From Eledone cirrhosa (lineage: Eukaryota), in the NCBI GenBank assembly GCA_964016885.1, contig OZ024746.1:87668001-87732000 (forward strand): DNA of 64,000 nt, given 5' to 3'. A program made the translations under genes and the position numbers. Numbering within the stretch: position 1 is the first letter of the stretch; the number at the start of each line of letters is the position of its first letter. This document shows, piece after piece, positions 1 through 14,260 of the stretch. Under the pieces are notes generated by a model. It was not told the origin of the DNA. It made no database searches and worked only from the letters and a program-made list of their open reading frames with translations.

Positions 1-3
1 AAC

Positions 4-71
<68 letters not shown>

Positions 72-775
72 AGAGAGAAAGGGAGAGAGAGAGAGTTTTT
101 TCCTACCGCTATAGTTTCCATATAGTTGCATTTACTTATGTTTGTTGTCTTTGCTGCTAACTGCATTATTTACCAAAAATATGAAGCTTATATATCTATA
201 GTTCAATCAATTGCTTATTTATTTTGTCATATTTTTACATTATTTAATTGTATAGATTAAAATGTGTTAGATAAAGTTATCCTCATTTGAGAGTTGTGTT
301 TTTTTAAAGTATTTAAATCTTATTTTAAAATTCACTCTTTAAGATTGTGTTTTTGTATTTTTAATGTCACCTCTAGTTTTTATTTCCATTTTGCTTGTTC
401 GTTGTGTTTAAGACTCTTTTGTATATCTCTGTATGAGTACCTATTAATGCTGTTGTATTTTCGATATATATTTACATTTATATGTTTTCATTGCACTGAA
501 CACATCACAGTGTATGGATGCAGATATAAGAACGACAAGTACCGTCTCATATAAGAGATATTATTTTCTTATATATATATATATATAAATTAATAAAAAC
601 AATGAATAAAAACAAAGAAACAGTTCCTTATATTTAAAAAAGTCATCATGTTACGATCGTTTCTAGGATATATATGTGTGTGTTGGTATGTATATCATAT
701 AGATCTATGTAAACATTTTACAAACTATCAGAGGAAATATACATACCTACACATATATATGCTGTCTTCAGAAAT

Positions 776-883
776 AATTGTTTCTACTTTAGGCACAAGG
801 CCAGCAAATACCCTGTGTATTACTGGTACTTTATTTTATCGACCCCATAAGGATAAAAGGCAAAGTTAACTCCGGCGGAATTT
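776..883 (-). mobile_element. 5'-truncated tRNA-derived SINE
   Basis: Matches family core ggcacaaggccagcaa...actggtactttattttatcgacccc..aaggat.aaaggcaaagtt; approximate TSD gctgtc..cagaaataat on both sides. Confidence 0.85.
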
Positions 884-1639
884 GCTGTCAGAAATAATGA
901 TATTTGTTTATTGAAAAAAAACAACAAAGATTTAATATAATAGGTCTGTTTGGGAACAAGTTTTGAATTGACCAATAGAAAAATAGTAAGTGGTAAAGTT
1001 GATAGAATAGTAGTAGTAGCAATTTAATTTAGAGATAGAGGAATGCATACTTCAGTTTTGAATGGAAAGAATACTTTTAATGAAAATATTAATTTGGGGA
1101 TGAAAAGAGGTCAAGCCGGTGAAAGGTACGCGAACATTTGATGTTATTAAAGAATAATGCTAATGTTAAAATAGAAGGAGAATAAAATTTTAGGGTAAAT
1201 GTGTTAGTTAGAAATACCAATCTTATTTAAAACACAAGGAATTTAGATCTATAACAAGAAATTAAATTAATGTAAATGATAGGTATACTGATAGGGGAAA
1301 ATGTATATTGATTCATATAGATGTGATAAATAAGAGTTAGATGTTATTAAAGAATTTTTTTTAAAACGAAGGAAATCAAATGTTTGGGATAAATGTATTA
1401 GTGAGAAATAACAAACGTATATAGACTACAAGGTGTTTAGATTCATAACAGGAAATTAAAATAGTTTATACGTATACTTATAGGTATTCATTTTAGGAAA
1501 AGAGAGCTGTAAAAGGGAAATAAAATTATGAAGTTCTAAGTAGTAAAATACTAATTATAGGTTAACTAAATTAAAAAACTAATTATAATAATTTGAAGAA
1601 TATAAGGTGTATATTAATTAGGTTTATAATATTTGAAAG

Positions 1640-1990
1640 TTCTTCTAATTCTATGATTGCACGATATAATTAATTCTTGTCGCTTATTTAATACGATATC
1701 CTTAGATTTCATTATTTCAAAAAGTTCGTGGGAACATCATCTACACTCATATCTATTATTTTGATAAGGGGTGGCCCTTATGAGCACAGTCCAGATCAGG
1801 TTATAATCGATATTCTTTTTTCTATATTTATTAATTATTTCAGCCAAGGATGTTGTATTAGCTAATGCGGCATTTGTAAAACTATGTTTGAGGGTATTAA
1901 ATCTTACTTTAAATTGATTAGAAGTAGCTCCTATATATGAATAAGTTGAGTCCATAGTGCTAATTTAACAATTATATACTATGTTATTAA
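1640..1990 (-). pseudogene. Penelope GIY-YIG endonuclease fragment
   Basis: VY...YIGATS..FK.R, TSLA, W.VL.RA.PY, then LNKRQEL. Confidence 0.85.
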
Positions 1991-2963
1991 TAAGATAATT
2001 TTCCTTTTAATGGGCAATTTCCTTTGTTTCTATAGTTACAACCATTCGTGAGTATTATATCAGGGGAGTTAGTCAAATTTGGTGTGGAATTTACTCCACT
2101 TCTTATATGTGAAGGAGATGGTGGTTTGTTGCGGTTTATTTTAGTATTATGGTTAGTTTGATGTGTTGGTGGTTTATTCATTGTTTTTTTTACATTTATA
2201 TGCATTGTAGGCACTTATATTTTGTTGTATATTTTTGGTAGTGGAGTAGGAAAATTTGACCGTTGATCTATTTAACATTTGATGGTATTTATGGTTTGGC
2301 GGGAATGTTTTCCCTAGGATAGTAAAAAAAAAATTTAGGGATATTATCTTTAATTTGTAGATTAAATGGAACATTATACCAAGTAACTCGTCTATTACCG
2401 TTTCGATGTTGTTTTTTATATTTATACGATGTATCTGGATGTTTACTAAGGGAGTTAGTATTAGTGAATTTATTATATATCTTTAGTTAGATTAACTGAT
2501 TTAGGTGTTTTAGTCTAATTATTAGGAATCGTGTTAGTAATGTTATTAAACTATATTGGAGTATTAGGATGAATGGTTTTATGAAAGTTATTATATTGTA
2601 TGTGAGAAGAGGTAGAGAAATTAAATTTAAAATTGGTATTTTGGGGTATAGTGTGAGTGGCATTTAGGTGTGTGTTTTTCATTTGGTGTTTGTGGGTAAT
2701 ACTGGGTTGTATGTTTGAAGTATTATTGGTACAAGGTATATAGACTAATTTGTTTTAGTGGCTGCTTCTAGCTAAAGCTGGTTAGATGAAAGGTTAGACA
2801 TTCTGAGTGAGATATTATATGCTAGGTTTCTAAGAATAGATCTAGTGTGATTGGATTGTGAGTGTATGTAATGTAAGTTTTGGTTAGGTTTATGGTAAGG
2901 TTGGTAGATACCCGTAGATATGTCTAAATTATATCAAGGAAATTAACTACTTTACTGGTGTTT

Positions 2964-3584
2964 TCAAATAGTCTTTGAGGAAAGTTCTAATAAGTTTTTT
3001 ATTTTTTCAATTTCTGATAGGCTAAGGTTAGTGGAAAGAAGAAGACAATCATCACGATATAAACCACCCTTAAGGTGGGGAAAATAAGCATTTATGTTAA
3101 ATAGAAGAAGCAGTCCCACAAGATCGGTAATTTGGGCAGAATCACTAGAGCCCATAATAATGTCGAATATATTACAATATGTATTTCTGATCCAGTAGTC
3201 CTTCTGAAATTCCAGTAGTGTTTGTCTAGCGGGCGTGATAATATTAATCTCATCCATAGTTAAGTTTGATCTATTTTGGGCAAATATCAATGGTTTGTTC
3301 AGGATTATGGGTGATATACAGGGATAATAAGCATCTATATCGAATTGTAGAAATGAAGCAAAGGATTTATTTCTAATATTAGTAAACCAGTTAATTACCT
3401 GGGATGTGTTTTCCCAGAGTGGTAAATTAACATGTTTTCTTAATTGTGGGATGACACTGTCTAAAATATGTTTACTAATGATGCCAATGTCAGATTTGGA
3501 AGGGCATATAAGTCTTATAGAAGGATTAGAGTTAAAGTTAGATTTGTGATCTTTCAGGATAATGTGTGGTATTTTCAGTGTCAA
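2964..3584 (-). pseudogene. Penelope-type reverse transcriptase core fragment
   Basis: FDI..YYP, MGS..S...DLVG and GLYRDD motifs in the ORF track. Confidence 0.9.
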
Positions 3585-3617
3585 AGGTTATGTTCTATCT
3601 TCAATATTGAGTTCATT

Positions 3618-3678
<61 letters not shown>

Positions 3679-4161
3679 TTAATATATGTGCTTTTGTGTG
3701 CGTATATGTAAGTGATGTAAGTTCGTGTATGTGTGAGAATGTGTCTGGGGGTAGTGTACGTATTTGTGAGTGCGTGTGTTGTATGTGCATGTGTGTGAAT
3801 GTGTGTGTATTTGTAACATAAAAATATTTCTGAAAACCCTAGATTTATTATTTGGTCAGCTATAATCTTCATTGTTCAGTATCGATGGTTTATTTGCATA
3901 ATATATTCAGTGAAATCTTCAGAGCGACATAATAGAGACTGGAACCATGGAATATCTACGGAACAACGTGTTTGAATTCACAGCTAGCCAAATCCTTATT
4001 GCCCTTCCACTATCACACGAATGGAGTATGATTATATTGAAAATATCATATATAAAAAAAAAAAATTAATCACGTTTGACAGGGAGTTAACCATTGTTGG
4101 GTGGGGAAAGTTTTACAACGATAATCAAAAATCATTAATGAGTGGGCATATAATACAATTA

Positions 4162-4300
4162 TGTATGTATGCATGCATGCATGCATGCATGCATGTATGT
4201 ATGCATGTATGTATGTATGCATGTGTCTATGTATGCATGTATGTATGCATGCATGCATGTATATATGTATGTATGAATGGATGGATACATGGATGGATAA
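4162..4300. repeat. (ATGC)n/(ATGT)n/(ATGG)n compound microsatellite
   Basis: Direct reading. Confidence 0.95.
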
Positions 4301-6128
4301 ATCGATGTATATAAGTATAATAGTATAATCATTTTGAAAGGGTACATTACATAACCTTAATTCACAGTTTGCTTAAAATTAATTAAATGAGAGGATCGAT
4401 CTTTCTAAGATCTCTGCGTGGTAAATTAACAAATAGCAATGACGATCAATGTATAGATTTTGCTCGCTATATCAATATACAAACATTGAAAGGGATAACT
4501 ACTATAGTCTCCTTAATATAGTTTCAGAGCGAGTGTCTAATTTTAAAAGAAAGGCGTCTACAGATAACATATTGTTAAACGTCTATGTTTTCTTTGATTT
4601 TTAACTACCATGTCATATTCTATAAGGATATTGTTCCTCTAAAACATTATTTTCAGCGAATGATCATTATGTCACAAACCGTAGAAGTGTGTTGTTCATC
4701 ATATTTAAGCAGTGTCACTGCCATTATTAAAAGTAATAGTTTCTCATGTGTAGTGATAAGGGAAGCCATACAACTGACTGCAATAAATATGTATAAGTAT
4801 GTGTTGAAATGTATATATGTTTTTTTTTTCTTTTTGTATTGTTTTTGTTTGTTGTCTTGTCATCTATTTGATGATTATCCTTACTGTATCATTACTAATC
4901 TGAGACGAACATCTACTCTCCTCTCTCTCTCCATTTATTCCAATGGCTCACATTTTTAACGCATCTTCTTTTAACCTTTCTGCCTCTTTTTTCTTCTTTT
5001 CTCTCGTGATATATTTGTTCTATAAGAGACACAATAATTTTCTTTGCCATCACGTTAAATTCTGTATCTACTTGTCACTGTTTACTTGCTACAAGTTGCT
5101 GTTTTGTTTTGCCTCTTACTCCCCAGGACAGATCTTTCACTTGTCTCAAATCCTGTGACCCTGCATCGACCAGCATTATGATTGGTAGGGGTCGAAACTG
5201 CCAAATTCCATCTTAACAGCCGATGACCCTGGTGTACTGTGTCTTTCGTCGGTACAATTAAATATGTCTGCAGTAACCACGAATTTCAAAATATTGATGT
5301 AATCTAATGAAACGTAGATTACATTTGAATGGCTTCAGCGTAGGTGTGAATGTACTAGTATATGACTATAAGAAACAATAATAATACGAATCCACCATTT
5401 GTTTTTAAATTCTGAGATGCTGGTTCTTCCTAAACATTTAGTTTGTTTGGGGAAACTTGCGGCAATTTAAATTTCAAATATGTTGAATATATGAATGCAA
5501 TAAGATCTTTTAAAACTAAGGCTCAGAGCTGTCAATATAAATTCTGAAAGCATAGGCATTTCATTTTTCGCTTGGATTTTAACGGAGTATTTGATCTAGC
5601 CATTAATTGCCGTCAATAATAATTATATTTGGAAATAATATCTGACGTAATTTATATTCAAAAATATGCAGGAACAAGTAGATGTGGAAATTAGATCATT
5701 ATTTTGGGGTTGTTCAATTTCAAATGAATTGGTTAATATATATTGTAAAATGTTTACTACATGTATAGTATATTTTAATCATATTTCCATTAAAGAGATT
5801 ATGACATATATTATTTATCAAAAATTGAAATCAGATTAAATTTATTAGGAATCTGGCATTGTGGGTGTGGGCATTAAGGCTAAATAACTGTTTTATTATA
5901 TAATATTTCTAGTTTCAGTTTACGTTGGGAAACATTCTTGAATTTAATATATTTTATTTTATCAGTAAAATCCTATTACTAGAAGGTTCATTTTAGTAAT
6001 GAAGACACTAAGAAATACGGACTCATTGGAAGATAAGCACGGTATTCATTTATCTAGTTGATTGACTAAATCTCTAATAGTACGAAGATATAATCAATTG
6101 CTTATCTATATGAAATCATTTCATGATA

Positions 6129-6751
6129 TCTATATATATAAAACTGTGGATGTATGTGTGAGTTTGAATCCCTAAAATTCGAGAAGTACCCAACCGATCT
6201 TTTTACAAACTTTATATGTGTATTACTTGTGTTTCAGGGAGTGTGATGCACATAAAACAATTCAACTTGTTGATCTCCTAGAGCCCGCATTAGGTGAAAA
6301 ACTGCGTTTTTTAAAGATTTTTAGGTGTTTTTTGAGGCGTTACGTCAGACCGATTTCCTTGAAATTGTAACTATGTATTATTCAGCTTCTTCTTCATACC
6401 ATGAGCAAAGGAAATTCAACTTTTTTATGGCTTAGGGCCCGCATTAGGTGAAAAACTTCATTTTTTCAGCTTTTTAGGGATTTTTTGAGGCGTTACGTCT
6501 AGCCGATTTTCCCGAAATTTCAAGGCATATCATGCACATAAAAGAAATTGATTCCCTAGGGCCCGCATTTGGTGAAAACCTGCATTTTTCCTGCTTCATC
6601 GAGGAAAATCTTAAAGATTATCCAGCCGTCAGAGTATTCCGTTTATTTTCTTTACATATTGTCCAGGCATGCAGTTTTTCCACGATTAGGTCTGTTGGCG
6701 GCCCGCGTTCCAAAATAAATTATCCCGTGTAGCGCCGCGTACCACTGCTAG
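6129..6751 (+). mobile_element. Non-autonomous Helitron
   Basis: A|TC 5' end (TCTATATATATAAAA), subterminal GC-rich hairpin-like cccgtgtagcgccgcgt, 3' CTAG|T, no TSD; homologous to 35848-36441. Confidence 0.85.
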
Positions 6752-7079
6752 TGCTATGATGGAAATAGAAATAAAATTTAAACAAATAACCAATCGTAGC
6801 TATGTTAATGTCGGTAGAACAAAACTGTTCTAGCTCTTGACGTTTCATTGCACGAGACGCGCAATAAAATGTATTTTATGAAGGTGGGAGACACTCAGTC
6901 TCTCAAGGAAGCCTGCACTGTGCAATCTACACGCAAATGGAATCCTACACTAGCAAGTGGAGAAGTTCAAATATATCGGGAACATGTTCATGAGTGATGA
7001 AATGTAGGAGGCTGCATTAATTACAAAATACGCAGGAGCTAGTGCAGTAATGGTGCACACCTCTCAGGAATAATTGGGC

Positions 7080-7080
<1 letters not shown>

Positions 7081-7110
<30 letters not shown>

Positions 7111-7172
7111 AAGAAGAAGAAGAAGAAGAAGAAGAAGAAGAAGAAGAAGAAGAAGAAGAAGAAGAAGAAGAA
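7081..7172. repeat. (AAG)n microsatellite, ~30 units
   Basis: Direct reading. Confidence 0.98.
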
Positions 7173-8089
7173 TGTAATCATCGGTTAGTCACGACTGGGG
7201 ATCCAGCCTGTTCAGTTGGAAACTGCTGCTTCTGACAGAACCCGCTGAAAGAAGTGAGACATTTCCTCCACAACACTCAGGAATATATCGACAAAGAAGA
7301 AAATGATGATGACGATGATGATGATAATGTCTTCATCGTCCGTTGTTAGGAATCATACGTGATCCATTTGTTACGATCAACCTAAGTTATAACCATGACA
7401 TGAGAGATGGCGAATTCAACACAGATGTCACTTTCATTCTCTCTTTGCAGCCCACCAGCAGCTAGTTTGAATGTGTGCGTGCTTATGTGCGTATGAGTAT
7501 TTACGTATATAAGATTGAAATGGTTCACATGTGTACGTGTTATGTTACACATAGACACATTTGTACGACCAAGAAATGAGTCTCTGTCATTCAGCTGGTC
7601 ATCTCGTGCACTTGTCACAGACTCTCCCGTATAGACTACAACTTACAGACAATAACACCTCAACCACAGTCATGGTCTGTCGCGCATCCTGATCTTCATA
7701 GCTTCAATGCTTTCTAAATAGAAAAATGCACGTAAATGCGTTCCCGCTCACATACACAGAAACACATACAACACCAATCTCGTCTTGAAATGCAGCACTT
7801 TAAAATAGCTCAATAACAATACATGTGATTTTTTTCACTCATTTTTATTTTATTTTATTCTCGTATTCACGTTTAGCTTCGTATTTTTAACTCTTTCAGC
7901 TAAATGATTCCCACTCTTTGTTTTTTCACTCGCACAAAGGTTCCAGCACACTCAAATATACAAACTTCTGAAAGATGTATCTGAAACAGGATTGCCCAAT
8001 CTGCTCACTGACCAGAAATATTTGTAAATGCCGGGGCATTGGCGTATTTCGGCACTTCAATAGCTAGTTACATGTTATAAGCAGTAAAA

Positions 8090-8500
8090 TATATCCTTTC
8101 TATGAGAAATGAAAGAGAATATACCCAAACTAGTTAGGCGAGAACTGGTCAAGTACAACCATCAGAATGTAATATATGAAGGGCTTGGCATATGCGTACA
8201 CCATCCCTTCGCGATGTTTAAGGGACATCTTCGCCTTGGTTCATTTCTGGGTGAGATTGGAATCACCTCTCGTTAAGACACCCCCTTCTTTCTTTTAGGG
8301 AAAAGGTTGACCACCTGTATTTCCAATGTGTGCGTCACCATGACGCTGACCCTCATTCGTATGTACCAACGCAGATTTTTCCGGTCCGTATTCGAGCAGA
8401 ATACAATCCTGGGCCTATCATCAGTTGATGATAGGCCCAGCCAGAAATCGCCCAGCACGCACTGTCCAATGTCCGAGCATTGCTGACGTTAATCTTTGTC
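8090..8500 (-). mobile_element. Highly decayed Tx1/L1-type ORF2 fragment
   Basis: Manual translation KMSLKHREGMVYAYAKPFIYYILMVV resembles the post-RT LSLKGR...Y.L segment of L1/Tx1 ORF2. Confidence 0.4.
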
Positions 8501-9197
8501 GAAATGTTCCTGTCGCATGTAGGATGTTGCAATTAGCTAGGACAACCATGAACATAGGCGCTTGATATCTTTCACTAATCGGAAAGAGCAGGCAGGTGAA
8601 ATCTGCCTGCTGACCATGACAAACGTAGCTGTGAGTTAATTGCGCGTGAAAGTGCGAAGGACAGGTACATTCCACGTAAGCCAGGCCCTGATTAACTCTT
8701 CAAGTTTATCTGGGGACAGGAATATCAAGGTGGTGGGGGAAGTACTGTCACCCAGTCAATTTGTTGAAAGGTTGATGTTTGTGGTAAGGAGAGTCCGAGT
8801 ATGAACCTGCAAACTGGGGGATAACTGAGCGTGAGCTTTCCACAGGGGTGTCCCTTTGCTTATTTACAGTTCTGTGTAAATATTTTACATATTTATTGTT
8901 TTGTCAAACGTTTTCTTATACGGAAAGAACCACATTGAATAGTCCATATGTTTTGTATGCCAGCTCTCGCTAATAAATAAGTCATTATCATATAGTAGAA
9001 TGGAAATCCATGAATGCGAAAATCAAATAAATATATTCATAATTATTTGTTATGGTTCCCAATGGCTACAATTCTCATCTAAAAGAAGTTCTGAGAGTGA
9101 TTAGAAAGTCACGAATTTATAAACCCAACATCGTAAGATGTAATATAGAAAAGTGAATTACAGAAATTCATTTATTTCACGTCTTGATTATTTCTGT

Positions 9198-9380
9198 CGT
9201 GAATTGGCAGATTGTCGGATTAAGATCTTTTACTTCTAGCTCACTACACCTTGAGTTCAATTTATATTTTTTCCTTTTCGGTGTGGATAAACTAACGTAA
9301 CAGACAATAACTGGAGTCGGAGTAATCCATTTCCTCATTTTCCTATAATTGCCGGCCTTCTGCTTAAATGTGAAACTAGT
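9198..9380 (+). mobile_element. Diverged SINE copy
   Basis: gtgaattggcag head, tgagttcaa B-box, aattgccggcctt.tgc.taaa..gaaac tail. Confidence 0.6.
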
Positions 9381-10433
9381 ATATATATATACCTTTTTTT
9401 AATTTCACTTTTAAAAAATGTGCGTATATCCTCTGATGGGAAATAATAATTAGCTGTACTGGGTTTGCATGGCGTTGATAGAGGAAACGGATGAAAAATC
9501 ACGGCAAAATGTTCATTATTTCAAACCTACATCATAGTCAATGTTGCACGGAGTTTCATCAAATATATGAAACAAATCTAATTTCCTACCACGTTTTAGA
9601 TGTAAGAATGTATTACCCTATTTATTGATTTTAGTTCTACTTCAGCACACAAACACACACATACATTCAATTTCAGAAACACATGCACACTTTTACACAG
9701 ATTCATACACACAAACCTACGTGCATACACACTGTCACACATATACACAAAACAACATTGACGCTGTACACATGCCCACATATTCACAAAAACATCAAAC
9801 ACGCAAATAATGAAATACACTCAAACACAAAAACCACATACAAATACACATACAAATAGAAACGCAAATTCAGAGAATCATATGCATAACCATATCTCAT
9901 ACAAGCACCGACCCCCCCCCCCACACACACACACATACACAAACATAAACACACACATATAGATATAGAAGACTGCACTCATACATACACAATACACCAA
10001 CACAAAGATGTATTAAGTGATATGAAAACAAATGACATTTGTTTTTTGTTTTGATTTTCCGCAACAGCAAAGAGAAAACCTTTTCCTAACAGACAGATAT
10101 AAATTGAACAATGGAATGGAAAGTTATTTAAAGTGAAACACTATTGGAAATATACAGGTAAACATACTAAATTACAAATATATATATATATATATGGGGG
10201 TGAGGTAAGGGAAAATAATAAAGAACACATGAAGCTAGATAAATTATATAATGTATACATAAACTGAGAATGTATAATAACATTTTGTAATAGAAATTGT
10301 ATGATTTTCGGAAAAGAGAATAGCGTGTAAATTATAAATATTGAATATGACACTTTACAGAAAATTTCATTTTCTCTGTTGCTATCTTTGTCAGTCTCTC
10401 CCTTCCTCTCACTCTCTCTTCCCTCCGGTATAA

Positions 10434-10466
<33 letters not shown>

Positions 10467-10470
<4 letters not shown>

Positions 10471-11315
10471 GTTTACATATATATATATATAAAGTCATAC
10501 ATATATATATGTTTTGCAACGGGTCACTTTGTGGCTCAATGAAGAATTAATAAATTAAATAATCAGAGCTATATATCATAAAACATGTCTATAGAATCAC
10601 CAGATAAAATATATACCGTTTCCTCTCCCAATTAGCATAATTAACCATATAAAAAATCAATTAGACCAAGCTATAAGAATAAAAGCTCCTATGAAGAAAT
10701 CTCCGACAAATAACCGAAAGCAACGCCTTCGCGGCGGTTACGACGGATCATGTACGAATATTTCGACAGCATGTAGGAATCGACCAGATATACAGTCAAC
10801 TAAACAGAATTAGGTGTAAAATAAACTAGAAGAAAAGTGTACATATTTAAATACCTCTACCATGGTTTCATTCGCATTTTAAGACATCCGATAACATTGG
10901 ATATCTAGAGCTTCGAATTCTTCAGGAAGTTAGCTCAAATTTAGACAATTAATTTTCCAAAGTGATCGCGCCAAGAATACATTCAAAAATGGCTAAGAAT
11001 CGTGACGTGTCAGCGGTCAAGTTAGAAAGGATGTGATTAGTTGCTTACGGCTGGTAGACATTTTGCTAGAAAGCGCAGCCCAATACAGCCAAAATTGTAT
11101 CTCAACCTAACGGGAGATTATTACATATAAAGGTTTACATATATATATAAAGTCATAAATATATATGTGTTTTGCAAAGGGTCACTTTGTGGCTCAATGA
11201 AGAATTAATAAATTGTTTTATGATATATAGCTCTGATTATTTAATTTATTAATTCTTCATTGAGCCACAAGCGACTCGTTGCAAAACACACATATATTTA
11301 TATATATATGTAAAC

Positions 11316-11320
<5 letters not shown>
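10467..11320 (-). mobile_element. Non-coding PLE-like insert in (TA)n with direct plus inverted terminal repeats and a hammerhead (family D)
   Basis: 10467-10585 is repeated directly at ~11128-11215 and inverted at ~11215-11320; (TA)n on both sides. Confidence 0.75.
10853..10930 (-). ncRNA. Type I hammerhead ribozyme motif
   Basis: Minus strand: ACTTC-CTGAAGA-ATTCG[hairpin]CGAAT-GAAA-CCATGG-TA-GAGGT; stems I and II pair, palindromic stem III, intact core. Confidence 0.85.
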
Positions 11321-11360
<40 letters not shown>

Positions 11361-11807
11361 CATACGCAAGCACAATGACAACAAACACATATAAACACAC
11401 ACTAGTAAACTAAGATAGAATGCAATAACCAAAATACAGTCACCCAAACACGAACACACATCATACACTATACACACACGCAAACGCATGCGCAGAGAAG
11501 AAGACAAAAATAAATAAATAAACGGATTAAATAAAAATGGCGTAGACATACACTACAACAGGAGGAAACATAATAACACCACTGACGATGTTGCAGATGT
11601 ACAACGAAATAACTTTGTTAGACTATATGTATGTGTTTGTGTCTATATTATATCTGTATTTTTGACGGTCGGTCAGTCAATGGTAACATTGAGGACTGAA
11701 TAAATTAAATTAACTGATATAAAAGATACAAAAGCGAAAACCAACCAAACAGTGAGTGTGTTCTGTTATTAATTCTGGCAATATTATTACACGAATATGA
11801 CACTCCT

Positions 11808-11847
<40 letters not shown>

Positions 11848-11848
<1 letters not shown>

Positions 11849-12216
11849 GTTATTAAACAAATGGAAACTATATTTATAAAACCATATTTATTTCATTATA
11901 CATATTTCGGGGATACCATATTAAAACTATGGCATGCCTTCGTCAGATAAAATACAATATATTATTGTCGCTCACATTTATGGTACGTCAAAATTATTTA
12001 TAAAACTGTTTATATATTGTATTTTGTCTGACGAAGGCATGCCATATTTTTAATATGGTATCCCCGAAATATGTATAATGAAATAAATATGGTTTTATAA
12101 ATATAGTTTCCATTTGTTTAATATCGTATATCTACTCCAAAAATTTGTCGAGTGCTTTATATCAGTTAAAAAATATTTACTTGTTGTAACCCAACAATTT
12201 TAAATAAAACTTTTGC
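11848..12216 (+). mobile_element. Fold-back hammerhead element, family A copy 1
   Basis: Inverted arms ~11851-11960 and ~12014-12123, ~90-bp unpaired 3' tail, (TA)n flanks. Confidence 0.85.
12020..12085 (+). ncRNA. Type I hammerhead motif (mirror copy on minus strand at ~11889-11954)
   Basis: TATTTTGT-CTGACGA-AGGCATGCCATA..TATGGTATCCCC-GAAA-TATGTA-TA-ATGAAATA. Confidence 0.8.
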
Positions 12217-14199
12217 ATATATATATATATTTATATATGTAAATATATCAGGAAAATGGCAAATCTCGGCGCATATAATTATATGAAAAAATCACCAAAT
12301 TTCAATATGTCACACATTCAATATACCATAAATTACCATAGCCTCAGTCAGATGGCTGAAACAGGAGAAAGAATTAATATGTGTGTGTATTTGCGTGTGT
12401 GTATGCATATTTGTGGGAACGTATCTACATGCGTGTGCATGTGTTGTGTGTGTGTATCCCTGTATCCCATCTATTTGCTGTCGGATTATGTCTGTTATTA
12501 TATTCTATGATTGCATGTGAGAAAACCTCTTGCTATTTCTTACAATTGTTTCATCTAGAAAAATGATGTATAATTCATTAATGACACATGTTTTTATTCT
12601 TTATCCCGCTCAAATGCAATGCTATCTGCTGGATAAAAGGTACATTCTACTTGCTGTTGCTCTTGCAGTGATTTATTGCATAAAGGCTTTTGTGGAAAAG
12701 GTTAAACGTTTGTTGAACCACGTTTATTCAAGATTGTGATAGAATCATACGGTTTAAATATTTTAAGCGTCAAATTGGGGTGCGTGGGGAGGTTTTAATA
12801 TAAATTGGTTTATAATTGAGTAGTGTGTGGCAAGATGTTTGTAGAGATGGCATGGATGGATATAATGTAATCTAGAATGCTATTGTTTAAAAATATTTAT
12901 TCTCTTTTATTTTATTAATTTTAGTTTAATTTAAAAAAAGAATTAAACATGTGTTGTGACTGTGAAAACGTCCAGTTTTCATTCTTTTATTTAAATTGGC
13001 TTGTGTGGCTTACGTGATAGTACCAGGTGTGGGTTGGGGGTGTTAATTGTTTTGACACCTTACTTGGCGGGAAAGTTTAAGAAAAAGGTGAGATTACTGT
13101 GTGTGACGGAAATAATTAGGATTAGCACCCTTGTCATCAGCCACATCCACCTGGTAATTACATGTAATCATTTCCTTCCTGTATCTCAAGAAGCGAAAAC
13201 AGGTATGCACATGTTGTGACGCAGGTGGGTTATTTATTTATTTATTTGATTGAATTGTTCGGTTAATTATGTTATCCTTGTGTTATGCCTTTACCATTAA
13301 TATTTATTATATCATATTGTTTGGATTTTATATTAATCTGGCTTCAATTAAGTTTTAAACTCCTGTTTTTAAGTTTTTTCATTTTGATGTATTCAAATGC
13401 TGTTTGAGATTAAAAGATTTATATGTTGCTGTGTATGAGTTTCTCCATTTAGATTTTTTTTTACTATTTATTAATGCATGCTGTTTAGATTTTACTGTAA
13501 TCTTGTGCTATTTGAATTAATCCTTTGTTTCGTTATTCTGTTCCAGTATTTATTTTGTTCATAGTGTTGGCTATTTATTTGCATTATTTAGTGTGATATA
13601 ATTAATTTAGTTTTAGTTTTAATTACGTTTTAGTATTAAGAAAGTATGCAAACTAAAATAACATGACTGCCGGAACATAAATGATATAGACCCTTCAGCA
13701 ATAATGGTATCAAGACTAGAAATATAGACAAAACATTGTGACCATTTTCAACAACAGTCTGACGACAACGCATTAGCTTAATGACATGTATATGGCTTTA
13801 ACATTTACTTAACATGTATGATGTAATAAAGTGAAGTTGAATATGGGAAAACATCACCGGAAAAGTATAGAAGGCTCAGTCGGGAAAGCATTGGCACGTT
13901 GGAACGATAAGGAAAGGAGAAAAGTAAAACATGTGAAGACTAAGATTACGAAAAAAGTGGTGATTAAAGTTACATAACTTGAGAGCTAATACAAAATCTC
14001 AGATGCACATAAAACTCATCCACTCACACCTGGCTACCTAGTATTCAAATTGACTATGATTTTATATACATATATACATATATAAATATAAATACATATA
14101 TAAATACATGCATACATACACAAATACATACACACATGCATACATACATACACATATATATATATATATGAATGGAAACTATATTTATAAAACCATATT

Positions 14200-14260
14200 T
14201 ATTCTATTATATATATTTCAAGGGTACCAAAATGTTGGTATGCTCTCATCAGATAAAATA
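14200..14260 (-). ncRNA. Type I hammerhead motif
   Basis: TATTTTAT-CTGATGA-GAGCATACCA..TGGTACCCTT-GAAA-TATATA-TA-ATAGAATA. Confidence 0.82.

Larger units (their letters stand above)
890..3950 (-). mobile_element. Decayed Penelope-like element (RT + GIY-YIG endonuclease), frameshifted and interrupted by a (TA)n/(TG)n tract at ~3620-3815
   Basis: ORF 2964-3584 has PLE RT motifs (IRLICPSKSDIG, FLQFDIDAYYP, MGSSDSAQITDLVGL, GLYRDD). 2174-2374 has PPNHKYHQMLNRSTVKFSYS. 1737-1955 has YIGATSNQFKVRFN (GIY-YIG), followed by an LNKRQEL C-terminus. Outer boundaries approximate. Confidence 0.9.

Noticed and set aside
3880-3932. Hammerhead-like CTGAAGA...AAAC upstream of the Penelope RT
   Set aside because: GAAA is mutated and stems I and III do not pair; the position is suggestive only.
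5119-5266. Possible minus-strand exon (AG...GTAAGA, open frame) or degraded plus-strand hammerhead
   Set aside because: Weak acceptor and unrecognisable peptide; the hammerhead core lacks several bases. Neither reading is supportable.
8409-8440. 15-bp-arm perfect hairpin ctgggcctatcatca/tgatgataggcccag
   Set aside because: Isolated local inversion inside a decayed LINE fragment; no family or function evident.
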